A DNA stretch of 64,000 bases from Eledone cirrhosa (GCA_964016885.1 OZ024745.1:111786001-111850000); one strand, 5' to 3'. Shown: positions 37,438 through 51,024, counted from the first letter of the stretch. The notes: generated by a model not told the origin, from the letters alone. A program made the numbers and translations.

Positions 37438-38589
37438 TACAAATAGATGTGTGATTTGGTAGTTTGGAGAGAAAAATATAATCCAGATATAAGAGATTTT
37501 CATTAAAATGCACATGATCTCACGAAATCTTTTCGTGGAACACAATGGGTAACGTTAGATAGTGACAGCAAATTTATACAGACGGCCATTGATTATCTAA
37601 GAATTATTACGTTTTTATGTTTCCCGTGATATAATTGATGACTTTTAACTTGAGTGATTATAAGCCTCGTCTAAACAGTTACAATCATTCTGAGAATTTC
37701 TCCTCAAACTAGTTTTAAATTGTTACTTGCGGTAATGCCGTCAGTGTGTTTGATGGCTTACATCAAAAAGTTATTAGAGGGAGGTTGCAGCACCCCTTGT
37801 AGTGTGTGATCGATTGACTTAGTGTTGACATATTTTCTTTCGTTTTGATTCTATATTTTTATATAAAATATTTATACAATTAAGTAAGAGAGACATGCGT
37901 GTTGAATTTTGACAGCTATGGCATTTGTGTTTATAATTTCAAAATATTTTATTTATAAAAAAAAGAATATTTAACGATTTAAACAGCATATATTTAAACC
38001 ATCTTTATCAGATTGGTTTTTGTGTGAAGATTATTGAATGATGGCGGGTGTCGATGATAGCCATTTTCATTTTTATCGCCATTGTCGATAGCATGGAATT
38101 GAATAAACCGGCGTTAAAGTTAAAGTGAATGAAATTGTTATTTTTGATTTTACCGTAAACAAGTTTAAAAGGAAGAAAAATGAATTTATAAAAATACAAA
38201 ATACTTCTACGAAATTAAACGTGCGAAATAATTAAGGAGAAATCTCTATTTCCATGAAAATTCTTGCATGTACAAATTGAATAAGTTTGTAAATGTTGGG
38301 TTGGCTCTTGAGTTTTTCCTTTGCTCAATATTTTGTATATTGGGATTGTTGTGGTCTAAAAAGATTTGCTGGTAATCAATGGTGTTATGAGCGTAAAACA
38401 CCATCTGAAATTTCTTGTCAGATTTGATATGAAATGTATATCACGAAAATAATATAAACAATACTTAATTACGTAAATACTTCACATAAAAATATAAAAT
38501 CAAAACGAAAGAAAATATTAGTTCCACGCTAAATAAAGTGTATCAATCGGTCACACACAACGAGGGACGCCGGAGTTTTCTAATACTGT

Positions 38590-39445
38590 TTGAGGCAAGC
38601 CTACAGTTGCATTATTATCGTTGGTGAAAGCGATGCTAAGTAACTCGAACAATTAAACACCCTCGGTAAGGCTGAGTGATAGCGAGTCTAAGGTGCTGGA
38701 ACAACCAAGTACCCTTGCGAACATCACTGGATACCTCGGTAAGGCAAGCCACCAACAATGACAAGAACTTCGTTGTGAGCGGCCCAGCTCTCCCTAACGT
38801 CACAGTCTGAAAAATAGTTTGTCGATAATTCCCGGTATTTTAGAATTTTATTCCGTTTGGCTAACGAAGCAGTGACCCTCACTTTTACCACAACATGGTG
38901 AAAGGAGTTACTGACTGACATCTCAAATGAGACAGCTATCTTTTACCCTGGAACAAAGGGTGAGACTATCTAGCCCAGTCATGGGCAACCTGCGGCCCGC
39001 GAAGTTTTCTGAATGGCTCGCCTAAGTTACCTAGGTGAAATCTTTCTGATTTTTTTTACCCCAACTTTTCAGTCGTAATTTAACTTTCTATCATTTTTAT
39101 GATCGAGGAAAACAACGTGTACGAATTCTGAAGAAACAAATCAAAACAACTTGAGTTACCGCCCTTCTTTTAAATGTGGGCACGAATGTAAATTAGGGCC
39201 TGCGGCCCGACTAATGATGAGCCATATCTCATGCGGCCCGCTTCTCGAAAAAGGTTGTCCATGCCTGATCTAGCCTCTTCCTATCAATTCTAGACAACCC
39301 AATCGGCTCTAGCCAGGGTCCGCTTAATAATTAAGTTTAGCTGGGTATGGCGAACGAAACGAGCTGCATTCAGGCGACAAGACAAATTACGAAGACCTGT
39401 GGAATCAAAGGGCTTACCACAGCGACATTTCAGTCCCTCACCGAT
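38590..39445 (-). mobile_element. Decayed CRE-clade remnant interrupted by a hAT MITE
   Basis: CRCGKPFDSTGLRNLSC...RHTQLNLIIKR; ASLAKRNKILKYRELS. Confidence 0.7.
38976..39267. mobile_element. hAT (Charlie-like) MITE
   Basis: TIRs cagtcatgggcaacct / aggttgtccatgcctg; 8-bp TSD ATCTAGCC at 38968-38975 and 39268-39275; tgcggcccg subterminal motifs. Confidence 0.9.
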
Positions 39446-40440
39446 ATCATCGTCAATAACATGAAAATGAATACATTTTCAGTTTCATTCACTTAATATC
39501 TTGACTTAAATTCATTGTCAGCCATATCGGACACTAGTCTATACCATTGTAACAATAACACGATGTGCTTCCTTTTTAAGATGTATGATTAAATTATAAT
39601 GTCTATGACAGAAAATTATTATAAGATGTGGAGTGTAGTATATTAAGGTAAATTTGGCTGCTATTTCTAAGCTATGAAATGGATACATTACGATTACAAC
39701 GTGCCTCTGCTTTTGATACAAAACCACCCGTTTTAATGGTGCGTGTGTTGTGTGTGTGTGTGTGTGTGGGGGGGGGGGGGTCACAGAAAAAAAGACTCCT
39801 TTTGATAGTAAAAGCGGTTTAAACCGAAATTCAATTATTTTTTCTTATATCTTATATGTTCATAGATGAAAGTTTATATTGTTTTAAATAAATTACCCAT
39901 TTTATGGTATTTTAATGTGACTGTTTCTTTTTCCTGGAATTAGTTTTAAAATGTTCATATTTAGATTAAAACTTTCTAATATGATGCAAAGACCTTTCAA
40001 TTAATGTTCCAAACATCCTCTTAATCACTAAAAAGTTATTTTAATAAATCTCGTCATTAAATTATTTTAAAAATTAACTGAAACGTATTGTATTTCGTCT
40101 GAAATATAGGCATGAAAAGATGTATTTTAACATTTTTATTTGAGAGGTTCCAGTGCTCCTCCCTATATCATTATCTTTTGTTCTGGCATTGTTCGTTTGT
40201 ACATCCATTTCGTTTGCCTTTTGATGTATGTGATCCAAAATGTGTGTATTATCTGGTTGTGTTTTGGTTTTCTTTCTTTTTATTTGTAATAATATTTATA
40301 CAATTGTGAATAAAACACACTATTAAACATTTTTATACAATAGAAAAATTCTGTTATTTATTTTATTCTTTTGTAGCACTGGAATAAATTGTAATTTAAA
40401 TGAAAGACCAGGTGAGGTGAGTAGAAAATTTATATTGACT

Positions 40441-41650
40441 ATCATCATCATCATCATCGTTTAACGTCCATCTTCCACGCTTGCATGGGTTTGGACGAGA
40501 GTTTTCCCACTTGAGGCAAGAGTGGTTGTCTTGCTCGCATAGGACTGGCGAGTTTTCTACGGCTGGATGCCTTTCCTAACACCAACCACGTTTACAGTGT
40601 GGACTGGGAGGTTTTTACCGTGTTACCTACACGGCCACATTACAGCGTGGACTGTTTTTTTGTCGTGACACCTACACGACCTCATTTGTTTCGGACTGGA
40701 TGTTGTGGTACCAACATAACTTTACATTGAAAGGGGTGGTGTGGATGGGGTGGGGGTAGTGGGACGGGGGTGTATTTTGTTAGAGGTACCTACTGACTGT
40801 AGTAGTTTCACTTTGTACTTAGGTAAGGCGGGTCTTCTGTATTACTGTCTAGCGCCAAAGATCTCGGTCCAGTGACATTGTCTTGGAGAGGTGTAAGTGT
40901 GTGAGGTCGGAATTTATCAAGTCGTCCCAGGTTTTTCTGAGTCTGCCTACTCCGTGGCTACCGTCTATTTTTATTGCCCTGCACTTTTTTATATAGCTGT
41001 CGTCTTTCATGCGCATCACGTGACCATACCAACGTAGTCTTCTCTCGAGTAAACAACATCTGATCCCTCTTATTTCTAATTTTTCCCTTAATTCGTTTAT
41101 GCTTTGCCGTTCACGTATATTACTATTACACATCCAGCGGAGCATGCAAGCTTCGTTCCTCTCCGGTCTGCGTATATCCTCTGCACACAATGCCCAGGTC
41201 TCACTGCCATGTAACATTGCTGTTTGTATGCAGGCATCATACAGCTTGCCTTTCATTTTTAGAGAGAACCCTTTAGCGGCTAATAGTGGTATAAGCTCTC
41301 TGAACTTTTTCCATCCAGTTCTGACTCTAGCTACTGTACTTTCAGAGCACCCTCCACCACTGCTGATTTTGTCACCCAGATAACGGAAGCTGTCCACTAT
41401 TTCTATAGAACCATCTGTGCAATGGAATGAGCTAGTATTCTGTGGGCACTTGCTGCTACTTATTGCACCAGAGCAACGGCCACATATAAAATCTATATTC
41501 TTAGCTTACCTGTGATCCCACTACATCTTTTATGCAGCCATACTTTGCATTTGGGACATAAAATGGAGTTTCTACTTACTCCTTTCCTACACACTGAGCA
41601 TGGCCATTTCCCGGATGGAACCGGTGCCCTATTTTCCTTCCTACAAACTA
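40441..41650 (-). mobile_element. 5'-truncated RTE LINE (family A)
   Basis: PHD-like Cys cluster, FRYLG, MLHGSETW, RLRWYGHVMR; (GAT)n tail; possible TSD ACTATCAT at 40438-40445 and 41647-41654. Confidence 0.92.
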
Positions 41651-42065
41651 TCATAACTATGAATTTATTAACTTAACCTGCAACTCTTTTTGTTTTAAAA
41701 AAAAAGAAAGTTTTTCGGAGTTATGTTTTGGACAAATAAATAATCGTTTCTACTTTTGGCACAAGGCCAGCAATTATCCCAGTGTATTACTGGTACTTTA
41801 TTTTATCGACCCCGTAAGGATGAAAGGCAAAGTTACCCTCGGTGGGATAGTGCTTTTTAGATAATGCAGTACTTTTTGTTTTGCGTATAACTATATTGCT
41901 ATTGCATTTGTAATTTCATTTTTATCCTTAATAAATTCAAACCGAAATAACACTTAACATTTTCAGAAGTGTTTAAAAAAAAAAAAAATATATATATATA
42001 TACACTTCAAATGCTATATGTATATAGCGTTTGCATTTGAAGTGTATATATATATTTTTTGTTGA

Positions 42066-42700
42066 AAACACTTCTGAACACTGGCGAGAGCTTCAAGATA
42101 GTAAAGAATCATCTGTTCTCCACCAACATGCTAAAATAGAACATAAGGGTAAATTAGAGAACATAGAAATAAAAATAGAATCTACACACAGAAAAGACGC
42201 AATGTTTAGACAAATCACAGAGGCAATAAACATAAATGAACTCCAATCAAAATTAAATAGAAAACATGAATGGAATAGCAACATCACAACTTACAATTAA
42301 GGACAAAATGGAAACACACACACACATAGAACAAACAACCAACCAGTAACATGTAAATAAACAAATAAATAAACAAATATAAACACACACAGACACCCGG
42401 ATGTAACACATGCGCAAACTAAGCACGCAACACACACAAAAACAAGATGGCGTAGGACAGAACAAAGGAGAGGCACAAAAACAAAGAAAAGAATCCCAGT
42501 CACTGAAGAGGTCACAGAATGTGTTACGAAAGAACTTTGACAATATATGAACAATCGTCTGGTTGTGGAACCAACGAACCAACCGGAAATTTATAAATTC
42601 CTAAATTTATAAATTTAATTTATAATAAATTGAAGTGAAAGCAACTGGTGCGTGTGTTTCTTATTGGCAACATGACCCTCTCAAAGCAAAACTTCTGAAA
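42066..42700 (+). mobile_element. Penelope-like GIY-YIG C-terminus and 3' UTR with hammerhead motif at 42499-42541
   Basis: EHWREL...SVLHQHAKIEH...RQITEAINI...LNRKHEW; gtca CTGAAGA...GAAA gaac TT tgac. Confidence 0.75.
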
Positions 42701-42785
42701 ATGTTAAATGTTATTTCGGTTTGATATATATATATATCTGTCATTTTTTATACCTAAATCGAAACATCCCCATTTATATAAATAT

Positions 42786-42838
<53 letters not shown>

Positions 42839-43090
42839 AATATATAAATATATATAAAAGTAATATATATGAGTAATATATATGATGAAACAGATACCAA
42901 CACATCTGTATTTATATTGCAAAAGAGAGTTAGCCAGAATGAAGAATATTAATTATTTTACCACAGTTTGTCCACATCGATTTAAAATAATAAATCGACA
43001 AAAACCAGCTGCGCTGCCAAATGGCTATGATGTTTATACATATTTAAATTTCAAAGTCAAACCTGTTCAGTAGATAAGTTTAAACCTCAA

Positions 43091-43157
43091 AATCCAAACA
43101 TGTTTCGAGACGAATGTAAGTGTAGGAATATCATGCCACTGCTCTCCTCAGTAAACA
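43091..43157 (-). ncRNA. Decayed hammerhead motif
   Basis: ttta CTGAGGA gag...ctc GAAA catg TT tgga. Confidence 0.45.
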
Positions 43158-43333
43158 TCCAGAGACAATTGATAAGCTTCACTTCTAAATAATTTAAAAG
43201 ACTGTGTGACGCACATGGGTTCACAGATTCAAGCTAGTCTCATAACCGTACTGCTAGAAATAACAGTCGTATATATGAGGCGAATTTCAGCTCGACGAAG
43301 AGCAGTTATATTATGTAAAAGAATTAATTACAC

Positions 43334-43403
<70 letters not shown>

Positions 43404-43831
43404 AATATATAAATATATATTTATATATATATATATATATTTATTAAAATAACAGATTAAAGTTTAAGCAAAGAATCGCTGCTTTCACCCTTAACGGGAT
43501 CTTCTGAAACTAACAAAGTCAATCTGTAAACGCAGAACTGGATATTTAAAAAAACGTTGCAACCGGAGGAAGACAGGAAGACGATAGTTTGGTTCGTGGA
43601 AACGTTCGCTGGCAAAGAACGGGAAAAAACGAATATAATACGTCATTAATAGGAGCGGTGAAAAACAATTACGCGCAAAGACAGAACCATGTTTATGGTA
43701 TAAAAGAGGTCGTAGACTAATGTTCTCTTAGGTGGTGCATAGAGACGTTCTCTGGCAATAAACGAAAAAAACGAAGATAATACGTCATATGTGGAGCGTG
43801 GAGAACAATAGCACGCAAAGACAAAACCACG

Positions 43832-43893
<62 letters not shown>

Positions 43894-44120
43894 CAAAATA
43901 TTAATAAATGGAGAGATTCACATAATCAATTTGATTACGTGAATGTCTCCATTTATTAATATTTTTAATAATATTAATAACTCCAGAAAACTTAGCTGTT
44001 GAGTGCTTTTAATCTATTGTACAAACTATATTCATTGAATAATCAATGAACCTTGTTTAACATTTGGTTATATATATATATATTTAAATAGGGATGTTTC
44101 GATTTAGGTATAAAAAATGA

Positions 44121-45231
44121 CAGGTAAGCTAAGAATATAGATTTTATATGTGGCCGGTGCTCTGGTGCAATAAGTAGCAGCAAGTGCCCACAGAATACTC
44201 ATTCATTTGCACACATGCTCATTCCATTGCACAGATGGTTCTATGGAAATAGTGGACAGCTTCCGTTACCTGGGGGACAAAATCAGCAGTGGGGGAGGGT
44301 GCTCTGAAAGTACAGTAGCTAGAGTCAGAACGGGATGGAAAAAGTTCAGAGAGCTTATACCACTATTGGCTGCTAAAGGGTTCTCTCTAAAAATGAAAGG
44401 CAAGCCGTATGATGCCTGTATACGAACAGCAATGTTACATGGCAGTGAGACCTGGGCATTGTGTGCAGAGGATATACGCAGACTGGAGAGAAACGAAGCT
44501 TGCATGCTCCGCTGGATGTGTAATAGTAATATACGTGAACGGCAAAGCATAAACGAACTAAGGGAGAAATTAGGAATAAGAGGGATCAGATGTTGTTTAC
44601 TCGAGAGAAGACTACATTGGTACGGTCACGTGATGCGCATGAAAGACGATAGCTGTATAAAAAAGTGCAGGGCGATAAAAATAGACGGTAGCCACGGAGT
44701 AGGCAGACCCAGAAAAACCTGGGACGACTTGATAAATTCCGACCTCACACACTTACACCTCTCCAAGACAATGTCACTGGACCGAGATCTTTGGCGCTAC
44801 ACAGTAATACAGAAGACCCGCCTTACCTAAGTACAAAGTGAAACCTACTACAGTCAGTAGGCTCCTCTAACAAAATACACCCTCGTCCCACTACTCCCAC
44901 CCCATCCACACCACCCACCTAAATGTGAAGTTATGTTGGTACCACAACATCCAGTCCGAAACAAATGAGGTCGTGTAGGTGTCACGACAAAAAAACACAC
45001 AGTCCACGCTGTAATGTGGCCGTGTAGGTAACACGGTAAAAACCTCCCAGTCCACACTGTAAACGTGGTTGGTATTAGGAAGGGCATCCAGCCATAGAAA
45101 ACCCGCCAGATAGTCCTATACAAGCAGGACAACAAATCTTACCTCAAGTGGGAAAACTTCCGTCCAAACCCATTCAAGCGTAGAAGATGGACGTTAAACG
45201 ATGATGATGATGACTATGATGATGATGATGA
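44121..45231 (+). mobile_element. 5'-truncated RTE LINE (family A)
   Basis: ORF 44207-44830; near-identical inverted partner of 40441-41520; (GAT)n tail. Confidence 0.92.
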
Positions 45232-46266
45232 CAGTGGCGGACTGTGTCTAAAAATATTGGTTGCCAGGAGATGAAGGGGGAGGGGGCACCTACATATAGA
45301 ATACTATCATTTAATTTTTATAATGAATAAATAACATTTTCGAAAAATACACGTGGAAACAAAACTGCAATCAAATTTTTGCGGAAAAATATCTTACCTT
45401 CTCCAATAAAAAACATGTATTCTGCGAAATCCAGAGACTTTCAATAATGGCCAGAAGTCGATCCTAAATATTACTAATAGCTCTAGGAAAGCCATGAACG
45501 ACACCACAATTATACTTTTGTAGCTTTCTCGGTGGCCTAGTTGGGGCAATCATAGATGATAGTGATCCAGGTCTGATGTTCGATCCTGGTCAGCAGTAGG
45601 GTTCCCAGTAAAACTTTTCAGTTTTTTTTTCTATTGGTTGTAAAATAAAAACTGCAAAAGGTTACCTGTACCTCTTGACCAAGATTGAACTGAAGGTCAG
45701 GATTTCCACCTTCGCTAGTACATACCACTAGGCCACAGAGACAACTACAAACATTTTATGAAAATTCATAGTTATAAACCTACTTTCATAATTTTCAAAA
45801 CAGTGTTGTGGTCAGTAGTTCGTGTGTAAGTATATATATATATGTGCTGAATAAGACTCGTCCCACCCTTGCAAGCAGGGAAGAGAGGACGTAAAATGAT
45901 GATGATGATGATATATATATATATATATATATATATGGTTGTGTGTCTGTATCTATATATGTATGCTTGCATGCATGAATGAATACACTAAGCTTTAGAT
46001 TTAGTAGAATGTGCAACCACTGATTCCAGCTATTTGCACTGTCATATATTTTGGGAATTGGTTGACCAAATGCTTTGCTTAATTGTTTTATTTATTTAAA
46101 AAAATGTGTTATTCTTTCTCTTAGGTTTCAGGTATTTTTTGAAAGCAAAGCATTGGCCCCTAAAATACTACAGTGAGCCCTGCAATGCTACTGTGGGCTC
46201 TTGCAATGCTACCACGGACCCCCTCGAGTCCACTTGCCATTGGGCAACCTGGCCAGTCCGCCACTG
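45232..46266. mobile_element. Non-autonomous DNA transposon (hAT-like TIRs)
   Basis: Perfect 13-bp TIRs CAGTGGCGGACTG / CAGTCCGCCACTG; TSD not recognisable. Confidence 0.6.
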
Positions 46267-46296
46267 TTTGTATATATATATATATATATACACATA

Positions 46297-46520
46297 CACA
46301 CAAAGGTGTGCTGAAAAGTCCCTGGCTTTAAGGCTATCACAAAAGGGTAGCTAGATGGAGGCCCAACTTTCCGAGTTCTTTTTGCAGAGCTTGGAAAAAC
46401 TGAAGGACCGCTACAATACGTGTGAATCTGAGAAGGCAATATGTTGAATAAAATCATAATTAACTGATTCTCCTGTATTTTCTTTTACCCAAAGTCAAGA
46501 ACTTTTCAGCACCCCTCGTA
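46297..46520 (+). mobile_element. Internally deleted mariner
   Basis: TIRs gtgctgaaaagtccctggcttt / aaagtcaagaacttttcagcacccctcgta; transposase tail remnant ending YVE*. Confidence 0.75.
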
Positions 46521-46774
46521 TGTAGCGAAATCTGTCCACACCTTGACTCTTGGGTGACATTTAACGGTCACTTTCTGACGTAAACAAGTCTGTGCATGAG
46601 TGATCTCTCGAGGTTGCCCCTGTGGTTCTCAAGGCAAGGGACAAAGGAAGTGACAGATATAGATAGCCTGTTTTAGACCAAGCAAAAGGCAGTTCAGAGC
46701 ATTTCCTGATAGAGTAACGATCTAAGACATTTGCTTTCTACAGACCCCTTGGGGTCTACAGACTCTTTCTCTCT

Positions 46775-46809
<35 letters not shown>

Positions 46810-47244
46810 CTGGTCTTACAGACTCTTACTTTCTTTTGTTCACTCAATCTCTATCTCTTGGTGTCTCTCTTAACCAAGGCGGTGAAGTTCATGAAGTTTT
46901 CTTGGTAAATACAATTCTACTTTTACAAACAAACAAATACCGTACATAATTCTTGTCAATTTTTCGTATAGATCTGGCATGACTATTTTCAATAAATTAA
47001 TAATATAGCGGTTTGGTGTCATAGTAGTTCATTTATATATATTAATTTTTTGCGTGATCAAGGAACTATCATTTCATCATCTTATTGAACACTTACTCAC
47101 TTACCTGCACACCTCTGGTCACACTGTATCACACCACAGTGACCACACAACACAGCAAGCTACAAGTGAGCACACACGTAACAAACGAATCAACACCACA
47201 ACACAATCCACTATCAACATCGACCAACAAATAATTGCTATACA
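46521..47244 (+). mobile_element. Possible solo LTR
   Basis: TGTAGCGAA...TTGCTATACA ends; AATAAA near 46992; no clear TSD. Confidence 0.3.
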
Positions 47245-47757
47245 TACACACACACACACACACACACACACGAATGACCAAAGAACTTGCAGGAATCAAA
47301 TCATTTATTATTCAATGTACGTTTCGTTAACAAGAAAATTAGGATCGGCAGTGTAAAGAAAATGTTTATATATCGATTAATTTCTGTGAAACTCCAGGAA
47401 TAAAAAAAACAAAACAAAAAAAAAAACATCTCAAAGAGAATATCTTATTATATCATGGAGAATAAAAGAGTATGATTATTATCGAATTGGCGGTATAATC
47501 ATATTTACACCAGTTACAGATCTGCATAGTTGTAAAAAAAAATGTTCAAACTCATTTTTAAAGACCCTGTACGTCTGTGTGTGTAATTTTCTATATCGTG
47601 TGAATATGTACGTGTACATGAAAGTATGTATGTTGTACATACGTATATAAATATCTATATTTATATGTATGGTGAATACAAGTACTAAATGAACTTCTGT
47701 TGGTTTCAACAATGCATATTCAGGTGTTTGATCAACGGAATTTATGTCCTCATTGAA

Positions 47758-47985
47758 TTAACCCTTTAGCATTCACATTATTTTATATATACAATTATAT
47801 TTTCATGGTAAAGGCTTTACGTCACATAATTATCTCACATGATATCGAATCTATGAGATTGTGAAAGTATTTATTTTGAAAACAATAACTTAACATCAGT
47901 TTGAGTGACCAGTTACAGTCAGTTTCAACAGAAAAAGGTAGAGAATTCTGGCCGGTTTTGGCCGGTTTGATCACTAAAGGGTTAA
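47758..47985. mobile_element. TTAA-flanked MITE (piggyBac-like)
   Basis: ttaa ccctttag...ctaaaggg ttaa; further nested or tandem copies at 61574-62004. Confidence 0.8.
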
Positions 47986-48285
47986 CGAGGCTGAGGATTT
48001 CACTGATACATGCATACCCCCAGGCAGACTTCGTATTAAAGATACATGCCATCAGATTGGCTTCTCCATAGTTTCTGTTTACTTAGAATTTCACTCACAA
48101 AGTTTCAGTTAACTAGAAGTCATAGTAAAAGGCAATTGTCTAAAATGGTATATAGTAAGATCGAACCCAGAACCTTGTAATTTCAAACAAACTTCACAAT
48201 CATTTGGCTATATTGGAGAGAGTGAGAGAGACACACACACACATTTATGTATATATATATATATATATATTTATTTATTTATGTA

Positions 48286-48390
<105 letters not shown>

Positions 48391-48729
48391 GGAGGCACAT
48401 GGCTTAGTGGTTAGAGCATTGGGCTTGCAATCGAAAGGTTGTGAATTCAATTCTCAGACCGGGTGATGTGTTATTTCCTTGAGCAAGGCACTTTATTTCA
48501 CATTGCTCCAGTTTACTCAGCTGTAGACATGAGATGATAGGGACTGGGGTCCCTATCATTCCACTGTAAAGTGGACGTGTAGATGCTACGGCAAAAAAGC
48601 ACCCAGCACTCACTGTAAATGAGGAAGGGCATCCAGCTGTAGAAATCAAGCCAGAATCAGTTCCCGTCCCACCCTTGCAAGCAGGAAAAAGTGGACGTAA
48701 AATGAAATGATGATGATGATGATGATGAT
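48391..48729 (+). mobile_element. Full-length tRNA-derived SINE (family B) with RTE-derived tail
   Basis: A box TGGCTTAGTGG, B-box-like GAATTCAATTC, body ccttgagcaaggcacttt, tail shared with 49130-49240, (GAT)n end. Confidence 0.85.
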
Positions 48730-48735
48730 ATATAC

Positions 48736-49346
48736 ACATATACGTGAACGACAAAGCATAAATGAATTGAGAGAGAGACTGAGCATAAGAGGAATCAAAT
48801 GCTGTGTGCAGGAGAGGCGGTTGCGCTGGTATGGACATGTGATGCATATGAAGGATGACAGCTGCATAAAAAGGTGCAGAGCACTAGAAGTTAATGGAAA
48901 CCGCGGAGTGGGGAGACCCAAGATGACCTGGGATGAGGTGATAAAAGCCGACCTTACCCAATTACACCTCTCAAAGACAATGACACAAGACCGTGACTTC
49001 TGGCGTCATGCAGTAATACAGAGTACCCGACCTCCCATGGGTACAAGCTGAAGCATATAGACAATATGCCCCCACACCCCCCACCGCAAGGTGGTCGTGG
49101 AGGTGCCACGGCAAAAAGGCACCCAGCCCACACTGTAAAGTGGACGTGTAGGCGCCACGAAAAAGCACCCAGCACTCACTGTAAATGAGGTTGGTGTTAG
49201 GAAGGGCATCCAGCTGTAGAAATCAAGCCAAATCAGTTCCTGTATGAGCAAGGCATGGTCAGCCGACCAGACACTGCCCACAACAGGACAACCCGTCTAA
49301 CCGATGCTAGCGTGGAAGAACGGACATAAAACGGTGATGATGATGA
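48736..49346 (+). mobile_element. RTE LINE family B 3' end
   Basis: RRLRWYGHVMHM...GRPKMTW; (GAT)n tail. Confidence 0.9.
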
Positions 49347-49579
49347 TGTGTGTATGTGTATATATATATATACACATACACACATATGTACACACACATG
49401 TTATATTATATATATATATGTATGTATACACATACATATATAGTAATAATAAATGTGAAGACTAAAATCCAAAGAGGGCTCTAGATAAGGATAAATATCA
49501 AATATATAAAAACCATAGAGCAAATATTTATTAAAATAACAGATTAAAGTTTAAGCAAAGAATTGCTGCTTTTACTCTT

Positions 49580-49590
49580 GTATGAATATG

Positions 49591-49653
<63 letters not shown>

Positions 49654-49742
49654 GTGTATATATATGTATGTATGTGTATATATATGTATGTATGTGTATA
49701 TATATATATATATATGTATGTGTATATATATATATGTATGTG

Positions 49743-49773
<31 letters not shown>

Positions 49774-49810
49774 GTATATATATATATGTGTATATATATA
49801 TATATATGTG

Positions 49811-49841
<31 letters not shown>

Positions 49842-49966
49842 GTATGTGTTTATATATATGTATGTGTATATATATATGTATGTGTATATATATATATATG
49901 TATGTGTATATATATATATATGTATGTGTATATATATATATGTATGTGTATATATATATGTATGTG

Positions 49967-49997
<31 letters not shown>

Positions 49998-50066
49998 ATA
50001 TATATATATATGTATGTGTATATATATATATATGTATGCGTATATATATGTATGTGTATATATATG

Positions 50067-50104
<38 letters not shown>

Positions 50105-50165
50105 TATATATATGTATGTATATATGTATGTATATATATATATGTATATATATACATATATATGT
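49580..50165. repeat. Compound (TA)n/TATG microsatellite
   Basis: Seen directly. Confidence 0.95.
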
Positions 50166-50772
50166 CAGGTCACCAGTTGGTGCTACTGGTAACATGTATC
50201 CCAGTACAACCTGTCTCATGGTCGGGTCGTTGGCGACTAAACTGGCAACCCCACCAAGGTTTATCGGTGAGGAGGGTGACTTTGGACATCCTGCAGGACT
50301 AAAAACAAAACCTGTCAAAGGGCAAAGGAGCTCTTAAGAGTCAATGGCCATCCACAATCACCGGGAGAGATGACCCCTTAGCCTTTGTCAAGGCAGAATT
50401 CTAGGAGAAAGAAAACTCTGATATAACACCTGCAACCCTGATGGTATCCAATGATGTTGACTTGTTCTTCTTTTTGGTAAATATCGTCTTGGTTAAGAGA
50501 GTGGGACTGGCTTTGTGCAGTGCCTTTGCTCACTATAAAAGCTTCACGGCACAGGCATTGCTTTATATCTGGAGATCTCTCTGCACTTGTCGTCACATGG
50601 TACCATGGGCCCAGCACTATGTGTCAATAATTGTCACAAGTATAGTGTTTGTACCAGAGTTTTCAAGTCGCTGGCTGAACTAAAAAGTCACACTCGTTCA
50701 GCGCATCGGTAGGGGTTCTCCTACATGGATATAAAGTAGTGGCTGTACTCGAAAACGAGTTGGCAGCCACCA
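50166..50772. mobile_element. Probable RTE-like 5' UTR remnant(s)
   Basis: ggcgactaaactggcaacccca...gtcaaagggc...aagagtcaatggcca resembles RTE 5' regions from memory; lies between microsatellites. Confidence 0.3.
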
Positions 50773-51024
50773 TATACATATATATATATATATGTATCAT
50801 CATCATCATCATCATCGTTTAACGTCCATATTCCACGCTCGCATGGGTTTGGACGGGAGTTTTCCCACTTGAGGCAAGAGTGGTTGTCTTGCTCGCATAG
50901 GACTGTCTGGCGGGTTTTCTACCGCTGGATGCGCTTCCTAACACCAACCACATTTACAGTATGCATATATATATGCAAGCAGGAAAAAGCGGACGTAAAA
51001 TGATGATGATGATGATGATGATGA

